64,000 nt of DNA. Origin: an uncultured Verrucomicrobia subdivision 3 bacterium. Lineage in GTDB: Bacteria > Verrucomicrobiota > Verrucomicrobiia > Limisphaerales > UBA11358. Below are positions 8,608 through 18,089 of the stretch, one piece after another (the first letter of the stretch is position 1; each line of letters begins with the position of its first letter). The notes beneath the pieces were generated by a model. The model was not told the origin of the DNA, did no database searches, and saw nothing but the letters and a program-made list of their open reading frames with translations. The stretch covers positions 7,642 to 71,641 of the forward strand of contig CAIKKJ010000151.1 of assembly GCA_903827955.1 (NCBI GenBank), read 5' to 3'. Position numbers and translations under genes: made by a program.

Positions 8608-11139
8608 TTATTTTCCACCCGCGAGAATTTTTTCGCGTCCGGTCTTGAATTCCTCGGCGCTGATTTTGCCGGCCATGTAATCGTTCGTCAGGGCGGCGAG
8701 TTTTTTTGTTTTTGCCGGCGAGAGGATGGGCGCATTTTTGGGCGCTTCAACCTGGTCGGTCTTTTTCTGGAAATCAACGCGGGACTTTTCCTGAGCCTCG
8801 GCGGCAGGGTCGCTGGCGGCGGGCGGATTTTGCGGCGCGGTATTTTCCAACGCGGCCGGCGGCACGTCGTTGGTCGGATCTTCCGTTGGCAGGAGCGCAT
8901 TGAAGAAGCCGTTAGTGTTGCTGCCGTTCTTGAAGGCTTTCAGCTCGCGTTTGCGTTCGGCTTCCACGAGTTTCTTTTCGTATTCGGCATCCTCGGCGGC
9001 GGCGCCGGACACGCCGGGCAGGCGCTGCGATTCTTTGATGGTGTTTTTTGCGGCGAGCGCCGGCGTCTTCAACACCGTGGGGCGCATCAGCACGATGAGT
9101 TCCTTGCGGTCCTTGGCGTCGCTGCGCGTGGTGAACAGATTTCCAAGCAGGGGAATGTCTGACAGGAACGGCACGCCGGATTTGCTGGTGGACTTGTCGG
9201 ACTTGATGAACCCGCCGAGCATCACGGTATCGCGGTCGCGGACGGTGATGGAAGTGTTGAGCGTGCGCTTGATGGTGTTGGGCACTTCGCCGACGTTGGC
9301 GATGGTGGTGGTGCCGTTGAAATCGTCGATCTCCTGCTGGATGTCCATCGAGACTTCGCCGTCAGGATTGATGAACGGTGTCACATCCAATTCCACACCG
9401 ACGGAGAGCTGCGAATAGGAATTGCCATAGCCATAGCCGCCGCCGCCGCCGCCGTAGGAGCTGGTGACGTAGGGTTTGGTTTCACCGACGAAGAATTGCG
9501 CCGGCTTGGCTTGCGAGGTCTGGATGCGCGGGCGTTGAATGATGCTGGCGTGGCTGTCGGATTCCGCCGCCGTGAGCGCCACGTCGTAATTTGGCCCGAT
9601 GTTGCCGAAGTAGCTCAGGCCGCCGGGGAGTGAATTGCCGAAGCCGCTGCCGCCGTTGGTGCCGATGCCCGTGCCGGAAAGGGTGGAGGAAATGGACTGG
9701 ATCAAGCCGGACGAATTGTAATTGGTGGTGAGTGTCTGGATGACATTCATGAATGACTGGCCGTTGTTCATCCCGCCGCCGCCGATGACGCCGGAACCGA
9801 GGTTTTTGGGATTTTGAGCCGCCGACATGCCGAGTTTGAAACTGTTGCCGATGGTCACGTCCATGATGACTGCTTCAATCAAAACCTGCGCGAGCGGCAC
9901 GTCGAGCTTGGCGATGATTTCCTTGATCTGCGCCAAGTCCTGCCGCGTGGCGTAAATCAACAGCGTGCTGCTGCTTTCGTTCGGAATGATTTTTGTCTGG
10001 CCGAACAACTGGATTTGATCCTGTCCGCCGCCGCCGCCGCCACCGCTGCCGCCGCCGGCCTTGGCGATGATGTTGTTCAGCCGCTGCGCAAAGGTTGAGC
10101 CCGTGCTCGGTGTGCCATTGGGACTGGGCACGCCGGTGGAACGCGCGCCAAACGCGCCGCCGCTGCCACCAATCCCACCACCACCGAGACCGCCCGAGCC
10201 TTGATAGCCACCGCCGCCCAGGCTGCCACCCATGCTGGACATGCCGCCACTGCGCGAACCAAAGCCGCTGATCTGACCGCTGCCCGCGCTCTGACCGATG
10301 CTTACCGTCGCGCCACCGCCGCTGCCGCCGAGGCTGTTCAACGCGGACGCAATCTCATCCACCTTCGCGTAACGGATCGGAATGACTTCAGAGATGTATT
10401 CTGTCGGCACGCTCACGTCAATCTGGTCGATCATCTCGAGCATGCGCTTGATGTTTTCCGCGTAGTCGCGCATCACGAGAATCCCGTTGTCATCAATGCC
10501 TAAAAGTCCGCTGGGCAATTTGGCAAACGGCTGGATGAATGGAATCATCAGGCTGGGTTTCACATATTTCAACTGGGCGACGTGCGTGATGTAGGAACCC
10601 ATGTTCGGGAGATTGGTCGAGCCGGAACGATCCAGCTCTGCGCCGACGGTGTTGGCCTGGTCGGACGGCACGGCTTTCACAAACTTGTCACCGATGTTGA
10701 CGACGGAAATGTTGTTGAGCGCGAGCATCGCCTGCAAGGCCTGGATGGCCTCGGTCTTCGTTAGCGGCGTCTGCGTTTTCAAAACAATTTTTCCATCCGG
10801 CAACGCCGCGTGCAGCACCGTGCGGTTCACCAGCTTCGCATAAATGTCCAACACTTGGGCCACGTCGGCGCTGGTAAAATCAATCGTGCCTTGCGGAATC
10901 ATTTCTTCCGGCGGTGCGCTGGCGGTGGCAGCCGGTGTCGCACCGGGTGCGGGCAGGGCCGGTGCGTTGCGTTGTTGGTAAAGCGGCTGGCGACGCTGAC
11001 CGAGTCCGCCACCCGGCGCGGCGGCGGCGGTGGCAGCGCCGGCGGGTGCGGGTGTTGCCGGGGCGGCGGGCGGCGGCACTTGGGCCAGGAGCGTGAGGCC
11101 GGTCAGGGCCAGAAATAGTGCGAGCAGGGTCGTTTTCAT
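8608..11139 (-). CDS. secretin (GspD/PilQ family) with ~100-aa Gly-rich insert and charged C-terminal tail
   Basis: 843 aa with a signal peptide, N0/N-type domains and the hallmark secretin C-domain motif GVPFLSDIPLLGNLF...ELIVLMRPTVL. A Gly-rich insert covers residues 271-373 (nt 10021-10329). A Lys/Glu-rich tail follows the pore domain. Confidence 0.9.
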   Translation of the reverse strand: MKTTLLALFLALTGLTLLAQVPPPAAPATPAPAGAATAAAAPGGGLGQRRQPLYQQRNAPALPAPGATPAATASAPPEEMIPQGTIDFTSADVAQVLDIYAKLVNRTVLHAALPDGKIVLKTQTPLTKTEAIQALQAMLALNNISVVNIGDKFVKAVPSDQANTVGAELDRSGSTNLPNMGSYITHVAQLKYVKPSLMIPFIQPFAKLPSGLLGIDDNGILVMRDYAENIKRMLEMIDQIDVSVPTEYISEVIPIRYAKVDEIASALNSLGGSGGGATVSIGQSAGSGQISGFGSRSGGMSSMGGSLGGGGYQGSGGLGGGGIGGSGGAFGARSTGVPSPNGTPSTGSTFAQRLNNIIAKAGGGSGGGGGGGQDQIQLFGQTKIIPNESSSTLLIYATRQDLAQIKEIIAKLDVPLAQVLIEAVIMDVTIGNSFKLGMSAAQNPKNLGSGVIGGGGMNNGQSFMNVIQTLTTNYNSSGLIQSISSTLSGTGIGTNGGSGFGNSLPGGLSYFGNIGPNYDVALTAAESDSHASIIQRPRIQTSQAKPAQFFVGETKPYVTSSYGGGGGGYGYGNSYSQLSVGVELDVTPFINPDGEVSMDIQQEIDDFNGTTTIANVGEVPNTIKRTLNTSITVRDRDTVMLGGFIKSDKSTSKSGVPFLSDIPLLGNLFTTRSDAKDRKELIVLMRPTVLKTPALAAKNTIKESQRLPGVSGAAAEDAEYEKKLVEAERKRELKAFKNGSNTNGFFNALLPTEDPTNDVPPAALENTAPQNPPAASDPAAEAQEKSRVDFQKKTDQVEAPKNAPILSPAKTKKLAALTNDYMAGKISAEEFKTGREKILAGGK

Positions 11140-11732
11140 TTTGCCTTTGCGGTTGAATTTTTGGCAGCGGGCGCGTTGGCGGCGGGCGCGGCGGACTTGG
11201 GGTTTTTCTGGTAGCTGGCCACGAGCCGGATGTTGGCGTTGAGCCGCATGTGCGGCTGGTCGGGCTGGAGTTCCAAATCACGCACGCGGATCATCGAGGA
11301 GCCGGAGCCAATCTTATAAAGAAAATCCACGAGCTGCGGCTCGGTCGCGGAGACGCTGATGTTCTGGATCTGCTCCACGAAAAACTGGTTTGTCCGCATC
11401 ATTGAGCGGGAATAATTCTGGATGCCGAAACCGCTGGCGGAGGCCTGCGATTGGATGGTGCGCATGAAATTGATCGCTTGATCTTCAAGCGCGACGAATT
11501 CGCCTTCGCTTTCAAAATTTTTCACGGATTTTTCCAGCTCCGGCTTTTGCGCCACTGCGGTCTGGTAAAGTTTCAACTTCCGCTGCGCGTCCTCGTAGCG
11601 GTGCGTCAGGCTGCCCCAGTCGGCAAAATGCGGCCAGACCATCACCCAGTTCACCACTAGCAGCAAAATCACACCCACGCCGATCACGAGGCGGCGTTCC
11701 ATCGGGCGCAACTGGTCAAAATATTTTTTCAT
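11136..11732 (-). CDS. PilO/GspM-like inner-membrane assembly protein
   Basis: 198 aa with a single N-terminal TM segment (RRLVIGVGVILLLVVNWVMVW), then a coiled-coil and a small domain, which is the PilO/GspM architecture. It has 4-nt overlaps with both neighbours. Confidence 0.6.
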   Translation of the reverse strand: MKKYFDQLRPMERRLVIGVGVILLLVVNWVMVWPHFADWGSLTHRYEDAQRKLKLYQTAVAQKPELEKSVKNFESEGEFVALEDQAINFMRTIQSQASASGFGIQNYSRSMMRTNQFFVEQIQNISVSATEPQLVDFLYKIGSGSSMIRVRDLELQPDQPHMRLNANIRLVASYQKNPKSAAPAANAPAAKNSTAKAK

Positions 11733-13138
11733 GGCTGCTCCGCCTCCGTGTGCAAGAGCTCCAGGCTCAAACTCCAGGTCTCCGTGTTGTTCGCGCCGAG
11801 GCGCGGATTAACGCGCTCGCCTTTTTGCGGGTCGAAGATCGGCTGATCCTTAACCTTCACTTTTTGAAGCGCGGCGTTGAAATCAAACAGTGTATTGACC
11901 ATTTCCGGCGTGGTCGTGCCACCGAGGCCAAGCCGCTGGCCGTCGGCAAAGCTCAACCGCAGCAACTGGATTCCTGGCGGCATCTGCTGTGCCACCAGTT
12001 GCCAGCAATCCAGCGCGGCGTATTTTAACTGCGCGCGTTCCTGCAAAACGGAATAGCGCGCCTTAAGCGACACGGCGTTTGTGTAGTCGTTGCCGATGGC
12101 CGCGACCTGTGATTCGACGCTGTGTGTCTGATAACCGCGAAAACTTACGGCACAAAAATAAATCACCAGAAACACCGCATACATTGCGCCGGCATACGCC
12201 AAGCCGCGCAACCACAAGCGGTCAACAAATTGCTGGTGATACTGCGCCGTGAATTCGCCGGGCAGCAGATTGATGTGTGATTCCGTGGCCGTCGCGCGCT
12301 TCGCGGTGCGGGCGGCAAGTTCGGCGGGCAGAAGCGGCGCGGTGACTTTTACGGTTTCGCCGAGCGCGGCGCGCAAAAGATTTTCCCATTCCGTGGCATT
12401 CACCGGGTCGGCGACCAGATGCCATTGCGGCGACGCCGTCATCCAGCCTTCGACTTCGCCTGCCATCGCGAGCAGGGAAAGCTGCGTCTTCAACTCCGCC
12501 GCACGGTCGCCGGCTGGCGGCAGCGTGACAAAATTCAAACTCCGCAGCACGCCGCCGAACCACCATGCCACGAGCGCGGCATTCTGCCCGCCGATGGTCA
12601 GCGGAAAAAGCCACGCGCTGTCCTCGTTCGCCGCGACGGTTTCAAGCTGGTCGAGCAACGGCACTTCCAGACGGTCGGCGAGAAAACCTTCCTTCTCCAA
12701 CCGACCGAGAAATTCCTCCACGTTGTTGCGCGCGGCGATGACGACCACGACGGTCTGCAAACTTTCCGTCGTGCCATCGGCCTTGGCGGTGCTTTGGTGC
12801 GTGCCGAGGACGTGCATTGTCCACACGATTTGCGTGACGGGAATCGGCGACAGTTTTTCCAACTGCAACTCCACCATCGAAAAAGTTTCTTCCGCATTCG
12901 CCGCCGGCAATTCGACCACGCGCAGAAAAACACTTTCCGGCGGCAGCCACGCGACGTTCAACTTCGGCTGCCAGAGCGAAGACCAGCTTTTGGCGATGCC
13001 TTTCGTCGGCAACGTTTCCGTATGCGGCACGCGCTGCTCGCGGGCCAGCACGAAGCCGCCGCCCTTCGCGTCGAACAACCAGAGGCGTTTCGCGTCCGGG
13101 GCGACGTGGAGGAGGTTGCAGGAATTCCAGCGGGCCAT
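11729..13138 (-). CDS. PilM-PilN fusion (GspL-like) assembly protein
   Basis: 469 aa with a cytoplasmic N-terminal half and the PilN-type INLLP motif (SHINLLPGEF). One TM segment (LAYAGAMYAVFLVIYFCAVSF) precedes a periplasmic PilN-like C-terminal half. Confidence 0.65.
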   Translation of the reverse strand: MARWNSCNLLHVAPDAKRLWLFDAKGGGFVLAREQRVPHTETLPTKGIAKSWSSLWQPKLNVAWLPPESVFLRVVELPAANAEETFSMVELQLEKLSPIPVTQIVWTMHVLGTHQSTAKADGTTESLQTVVVVIAARNNVEEFLGRLEKEGFLADRLEVPLLDQLETVAANEDSAWLFPLTIGGQNAALVAWWFGGVLRSLNFVTLPPAGDRAAELKTQLSLLAMAGEVEGWMTASPQWHLVADPVNATEWENLLRAALGETVKVTAPLLPAELAARTAKRATATESHINLLPGEFTAQYHQQFVDRLWLRGLAYAGAMYAVFLVIYFCAVSFRGYQTHSVESQVAAIGNDYTNAVSLKARYSVLQERAQLKYAALDCWQLVAQQMPPGIQLLRLSFADGQRLGLGGTTTPEMVNTLFDFNAALQKVKVKDQPIFDPQKGERVNPRLGANNTETWSLSLELLHTEAEQP

Positions 13139-13141
13139 GAA

Positions 13142-14893
13142 TCAGCGGGGTAAAAATTGGGTTTGGTCATCGCCGCCGGAAAGCGATTCACGATGTTCTT
13201 CCATTTGCGTCACGCGCAACACTTCTTCAATCGTCGTGGTGCCTTCTTTCACTTTTTTCCAGCCGTCCACGCGGAGCGTCCTCATGCCGGCGTCAATCGC
13301 GCGCTGTGCAATCGTCGTGGCCGGCGCGCGGTTCATGATGAGCGGGCGCAGCGCCTCGGTGACGATGAGCAATTCGTAAATGCCTTTGCGGCCTTGATAA
13401 CCTTGGCCGCGACATTCCTCGCAACCCGCGCCGTGCCAGATTTTCGCGGTCTCGATGTCCGCCTCGGGAAAACCGATGCGGCGCAGATAATCACGGTCAA
13501 CTTTGTGCTCGGTTTTGCAATGCACGCAAATCGTGCGGACGAGCCGTTGCGCCTGCACGGCCTCGACGGACGACGCGATCAAAAACGGTTCGATGCCCAT
13601 GTCCGTCAAACGCGTGAACGCGCTCGGGGCATCGTTTGTGTGTAGCGTAGAAAAAACCAAGTGACCCGTGAGCGACGCGCGGATGGCGATGTCCGCCGTT
13701 TCCGAATCGCGGATTTCCCCGACCATCACGACGTTCGGGTCTTGCCGCAAAATGTGGCGCAAGCCCATCGCGAAGGTCAGACCAATGTCCGAACGCACGG
13801 CAATCTGGTTGATACCCTTGAGTTCGTATTCGACCGGCTCCTCAATCGTGATGATGCGTTTGTGAACCGAGTTGATCGCCGAAAGAAATGCGTAAAGTGA
13901 AGTTGATTTGCCAGAACCCGTCGGGCCGGTGACCAGAAAAATCCCGTGCGGCTTGATGATGATGTCGCGGATGGCATCCTCTTCCATCTTCGAGAAACCG
14001 AGCTTGTCGAGCGACAGAAAGATTTTACCGCGCGTCAGCAAACGGAGCGAAACGGATTCGCCATAAACCGTCGGCACGGTGGAAACGCGGATGTCGATTT
14101 CCTCGCCCTTGATGCGGACGTTGATGCGTCCGTCTTGCGGCAGCCGTTTCTCGGAAATGTTCATCCCGCTCATCACCTTGATACGCGAAATGATGGCGGA
14201 TTGAAAACGCTTGAGCGTCGGTGGCAGCGGAATCAAATGCAGAATGCCGTCAATGCGGTTGCGGATACGCAGTTCGTCTTCCTGCGGCTCGAAGTGAATG
14301 TCTGTCGCGCGATTCTTGAACGCTTCCCAGATGATCTGGTTAACAAACTTGATGACGCTGGCCTCCTGATCGCCCTCGGTGATTTCCTTGTCAATCGCGA
14401 TGTCCAGATCCATCGCATCGCTTTCGCCCATTTCATCGAGCGTTTCCGCGCCGACGCCGTAATATTTTTTCAGCGCCTTCTCGATTTCCGTTTTCGTCGC
14501 CAGTGCGAATGTCACCGGCATTTTCGCATCGAAGCGCACCGCGCTCATCATCGCCGCATCGAACGGGTCGCTGGCGGCGACTTGCAGCACGCCATTGTTC
14601 AGCGCCACGGGCATCACGAAAAATTGGAAGGCGATCTTTGTGGAAATTTTATTCCGCACGTCGTCCTCAATCGTCAGCTTTGCGAGATCGAGATACGGCC
14701 AACCGAGCGCGGTCGCGAGGCGCTGCATGAAGACATCCTCGGCCACGCCGCGTTCGCGCGCGACGAACGTGAGTAACGGTTCGGCGGAACCGGCGTCAGC
14801 GGCAGCACGCCATGACTTGCGCCAGTCGTCGAACTGCGCCGGTGACGCTTCCGCGACCGTCGCGACGAGATTTTTGACCGAGTTAAAGGCCAT
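13142..14893 (-). CDS. GspE/PilB-family secretion ATPase
   Basis: 583 aa with Walker A GPTGSGKST, Asp box/Walker B VVMVGEIRD, His box GHLVFSTLHTNDA and the tetracysteine CVHC...CEEC. It is the first gene of the 14893->7048 minus-strand gene string. Confidence 0.92.
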   Translation of the reverse strand: MAFNSVKNLVATVAEASPAQFDDWRKSWRAAADAGSAEPLLTFVARERGVAEDVFMQRLATALGWPYLDLAKLTIEDDVRNKISTKIAFQFFVMPVALNNGVLQVAASDPFDAAMMSAVRFDAKMPVTFALATKTEIEKALKKYYGVGAETLDEMGESDAMDLDIAIDKEITEGDQEASVIKFVNQIIWEAFKNRATDIHFEPQEDELRIRNRIDGILHLIPLPPTLKRFQSAIISRIKVMSGMNISEKRLPQDGRINVRIKGEEIDIRVSTVPTVYGESVSLRLLTRGKIFLSLDKLGFSKMEEDAIRDIIIKPHGIFLVTGPTGSGKSTSLYAFLSAINSVHKRIITIEEPVEYELKGINQIAVRSDIGLTFAMGLRHILRQDPNVVMVGEIRDSETADIAIRASLTGHLVFSTLHTNDAPSAFTRLTDMGIEPFLIASSVEAVQAQRLVRTICVHCKTEHKVDRDYLRRIGFPEADIETAKIWHGAGCEECRGQGYQGRKGIYELLIVTEALRPLIMNRAPATTIAQRAIDAGMRTLRVDGWKKVKEGTTTIEEVLRVTQMEEHRESLSGGDDQTQFLPR

Positions 14894-15027
14894 TTAAGTC
14901 CAGTTTGAACAACTGGGGGCGCGAAAAGTTGCAGATTTTGTTGGAATTATCAAACCCGGAGTTCGTCAATGAAACGCTTGGAAACTGCCAATTTGCCTGC
15001 CAGCGCTGGTTCTGTTAAATCTATGCC

Positions 15028-16203
15028 GTGAATTTTTTCATCCAACGCAGTGAACTGCGCGACATCTATGACAAGGTCGTCGCGGGTGAGCGGATTTCTG
15101 ACGCCGACGCGTTGCGGCTGTTTGAGACGAAAGATCTGAACGCCCTCGGTGCCATTGCCGATTTCGTGCGCGCCAAAAAGAACGGCAACCGCGCCAGCTT
15201 CATCATCAACCGCTACATCAATTACTCGAATTACTGCATCCTCTCCTGCGAGTTCTGCTCGTTCTCCCGCAAGAAACGCGATGCGGACGGCTTTGAGCTG
15301 ACCATTCCGCAAATCGTCGAGAAGGCGCGCGAGGCGTTGAAGCTCGGCATCACGGAGTTGCACATCGTCGGCGGGCTGCACCCGTCGCTGCCTTTCAGTC
15401 ATTACGTCGAGATGCTGAAAGCGTTGAAGACGCTGGATGCGCGGCTCCAGTTGAAATGTTTTACCGCGATTGAAATTCTCCACCTCGCGTGGCTCGCCAA
15501 AAAGTCTGTCGTGGAGACGCTCGCTGAATTGAAAGCCGCCGGCCTTGACTCGCTCACCGGCGGCGGCGCGGAGATTTTTCGCAAGGAAGTCCGCAGCGCC
15601 ATCGCCAAGGGCAAAGAGTCTGCCGAAGAATATTTGGATGTGCACCGCCAATGGCACCAGCTTGGCGGGCGCAGCACGTGCACCATGCTTTACGGCCATG
15701 TCGAAAGCCTCGCCGACCGCGTGGATCATCTGCGGCAATTGCGCGCGTTGCAGGACGAGACGCACGGTTTCACCGCGCTCATTCCGCTCGCGTATCAGCC
15801 GGAGAACAACGACATCCCCGTCACCACGCCGCCGACGGGTTACGATTCGCTCCGCACGATTGCCGTCAGCCGGATTTATCTCGATAATTTTCCGCACATC
15901 ACCGCGTATTGGATCGGCCTCGGCATGAAGCTCGCGCAAGTGGCGTTGAGCTACGGCGCGGACGACATCCACGGCACGATCATCGAAGAACACATCTTCC
16001 ATATGGCCGGTGCCACCTCGCCGCAATTGCAGACCGAGGCGGACATGATCAAGGCCATCCGCGAAACCGGCCGCACGCCCGTGCAACGGAATACGTTTTA
16101 CGAGCCGATCAAAATTCTTCCGGACATCAATCAGGCCGGCGGCGAAGCCCCGGAAAATTTGGCGCATTCAAAAGTATTGGAGGACAATCTGGCGACGGCT
16201 TAA
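15028..16203 (+). CDS. radical SAM enzyme of the futalosine menaquinone pathway (MqnE/MqnC family)
   Basis: 391 aa with a GTG start. The CxxxCxxC cluster motif sits in NYSNYCILSCEFCSF. The N-terminal ...GERISDADALRLFETKDLNALG and the overall length are typical of MqnE/MqnC. I cannot separate MqnE from MqnC by eye. Confidence 0.7.
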   Translation: MNFFIQRSELRDIYDKVVAGERISDADALRLFETKDLNALGAIADFVRAKKNGNRASFIINRYINYSNYCILSCEFCSFSRKKRDADGFELTIPQIVEKAREALKLGITELHIVGGLHPSLPFSHYVEMLKALKTLDARLQLKCFTAIEILHLAWLAKKSVVETLAELKAAGLDSLTGGGAEIFRKEVRSAIAKGKESAEEYLDVHRQWHQLGGRSTCTMLYGHVESLADRVDHLRQLRALQDETHGFTALIPLAYQPENNDIPVTTPPTGYDSLRTIAVSRIYLDNFPHITAYWIGLGMKLAQVALSYGADDIHGTIIEEHIFHMAGATSPQLQTEADMIKAIRETGRTPVQRNTFYEPIKILPDINQAGGEAPENLAHSKVLEDNLATA

Positions 16204-16226
16204 ATCGCGGTTTCAATCCGAGCGCA

Positions 16227-17150
16227 ATGAAAATTCTTGTCACCGGCGGCGCGGGCTTCATCGGCAGCCATATCGTCGAACGCTTTTCCAGCCGCGCTGA
16301 GGTGCGCGTGCTGGACAATCTACGTTCCGGTTTTCGTGACAACTTGCGCGGACTGCCGCACGAATTTTTCCCTGGCTCCATTCTCGACCGCCAACTCGTG
16401 CGCCGGGCGATGAGCGGTGTGGATTATGTCTTTCACCTCGCCGCCCTTGTCAGCGTGCCGGAATCCGTGGCCAATCCCGTCGAATGTCGTGAACTGAACA
16501 CCCACGGCACGCTGCTCGTGTTGGAGGAAGCCGCGCAGGCTGGCGTAAAAAAACTCGTATTTAGCAGTTCCGCTGCGATCTACGGCAACAATCCCGCCAC
16601 GCCTAAAGTGGAGACGATGACGCCCGAACCCAAAAGCCCCTACGCCAGCACCAAGCTGGACGGTGAACATTTCTGCCGCGAGTTTGCGGCCAAAAAAAAT
16701 CTGCCGACTGTTTGCCTGCGCTACTTCAACGTTTTTGGCCCGCGCCAGAATCCGCGCAGCCAGTATGCCGCCGCTGTGCCGATTTTTATCGAGCGCGCTT
16801 TGCGGCACGAACCGCTGGTCATCCATGGCGATGGCGGCCAGACGCGTGATTTCATCCACGTTCGCGACATCGCGGCGGCGAACGATTTTTTTGCGACGCA
16901 ATCACCGGCCACCGGCGTCTTCAACCTCGCGCATGGCCAGGGACTGACGATCAAAAAACTTGCGGAAGACATCCGGCAACTCACCGGCTCGCGTTCCGAA
17001 ATCCAGCACGCGCCGGAGCGGGCTGGCGACGTGCGCCACTCGCTCGCTTCCGTGGAAAAACTACGCGCGGCCGGATTTCTGCCGACGGAAAATTTTGAAA
17101 CCGGTTTGCGTGACACCGTGGAATTTTTTCGGGGCAAGCTGGGAAGATGA
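16227..17150 (+). CDS. NAD-dependent sugar epimerase/dehydratase (UDP-sugar 4-epimerase-like)
   Basis: The gene starts MKILVTGGAGFIGSH (Rossmann GxxGxxG) and has the catalytic YxxxK in SPYASTKLDGE. The ORF-track start at 15909 overlaps the previous gene and was rejected. Confidence 0.85.
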   Translation: MKILVTGGAGFIGSHIVERFSSRAEVRVLDNLRSGFRDNLRGLPHEFFPGSILDRQLVRRAMSGVDYVFHLAALVSVPESVANPVECRELNTHGTLLVLEEAAQAGVKKLVFSSSAAIYGNNPATPKVETMTPEPKSPYASTKLDGEHFCREFAAKKNLPTVCLRYFNVFGPRQNPRSQYAAAVPIFIERALRHEPLVIHGDGGQTRDFIHVRDIAAANDFFATQSPATGVFNLAHGQGLTIKKLAEDIRQLTGSRSEIQHAPERAGDVRHSLASVEKLRAAGFLPTENFETGLRDTVEFFRGKLGR

Positions 17151-17312
17151 TGGCTTGCGCTTGTTTCCTAACTAGCGCGTGGGTAAACCGAGCCGCCTTT
17201 GGCTTGATAAAAGGTTTGGACAAGAGCAAAGTCGGCGACATGAAACGGGTAAATACCTGATTCGACAAAGCTGAAATGAATTATTTGCGTGGCACGCAAG
17301 CAAAAGAACATC

Positions 17313-18072
17313 ATGAACTCAATCAGAGTTTTCACAGTCATTATTGCGGGTTGGATACTCACGGTCACGATGTCTGCCAAAGCCCAGACGCTTTACGATC
17401 CGGCATTGGGAACTCTTCCACAAAGCCAGAACTTTTCTTATGGCGTAATCGGAAGCGCAAACGTTCTCCTAACGAACAATTCAGTTTTGCTCGACACGAC
17501 TCTCTCCTCGTCGACCTATGCGGGTTGGAGTGAAATAGCACCAACGGATTTAAATCGTGCTCGGAAACGACAAGCGCGGAATCGAACTCGCTTTTTGGAC
17601 GAATACCATTTTCGTGCAAGCAGATTCGCCGCTATTCACTCATGCGGAACAGGCCAGCTTCAATACCGCCAATGATTTCCTTGACTATGGCTTGTTTCTA
17701 CAGGCTACGAACTATGTATTGCAGGTTAACGGTTCAACAATTCTGACGGGTCCTTTACGCGATTACACGGCATTTAGCGGCTTCCCCAATCCCTACAGCA
17801 CACCTAATTTTATTTTCTTCGGCGATGACACGACTTCGGCAAGCGGCACGTTCAATCTTCGGAAGATAACTCTGGTGTTACCTCCGACGCTGTCCATGAG
17901 CAAACTCGGAATTGTTACTTGGGTAGGCATAAGCAATTTGACCTATCATGTGCTTTCAAGCACAAATCTGACGACTTGGAATACTGCTGGCACCTCCACT
18001 TCGTCGAATAACTCTTTTTCCTTCACAAACAATGCGACGCCACGCCAGTTTTTCCGAATTGCTTTTCCCTGA
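17313..18072 (+). pseudogene. secreted protein gene interrupted by a single frameshift (or sequencing error), with FYR-type C-terminus
   Basis: Frame A (17313-17675) encodes a signal peptide (MNSIRVFTVIIAGWILTVTMSAKAQ) and sensible sequence up to ...GWSEIAPTDLN, then turns into an Arg-rich tail. Frame B is open from 17554 (after TAA at 17551-17553) and gives sensible sequence ...VLGNDKRGIELAFWTN... through to ...PRQFFRIAFP. The shift must therefore lie at about 17554-17565. Confidence 0.55.
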
Positions 18073-18089
18073 TATTTCCACAGTGGATT

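Noticed and set aside
14980-15005. TGGAAACTGCCAATTTGCC as a sigma-54 (-24/-12) promoter in the divergent region
   Set aside because: The spacing between the GG and GC elements is about 4 nt too long relative to the TGGCAC-N5-TTGC consensus.
15909-16226. N-terminal extensions offered by the ORF track: 15909 for the epimerase, 2414 for DUF4340, 19817-21127 for potD, 26304 for ridA, 42159-43055 for the Spy-like gene, 48081 for GH2, 51983 for the phosphomutase and 54465 for feoB
   Set aside because: In every case the extension overlaps the preceding gene or REP elements and encodes Arg-rich filler. An internal ATG gives a canonical N-terminus (Rossmann start, signal peptide, G1 motif), often with ATGA coupling to the upstream stop.
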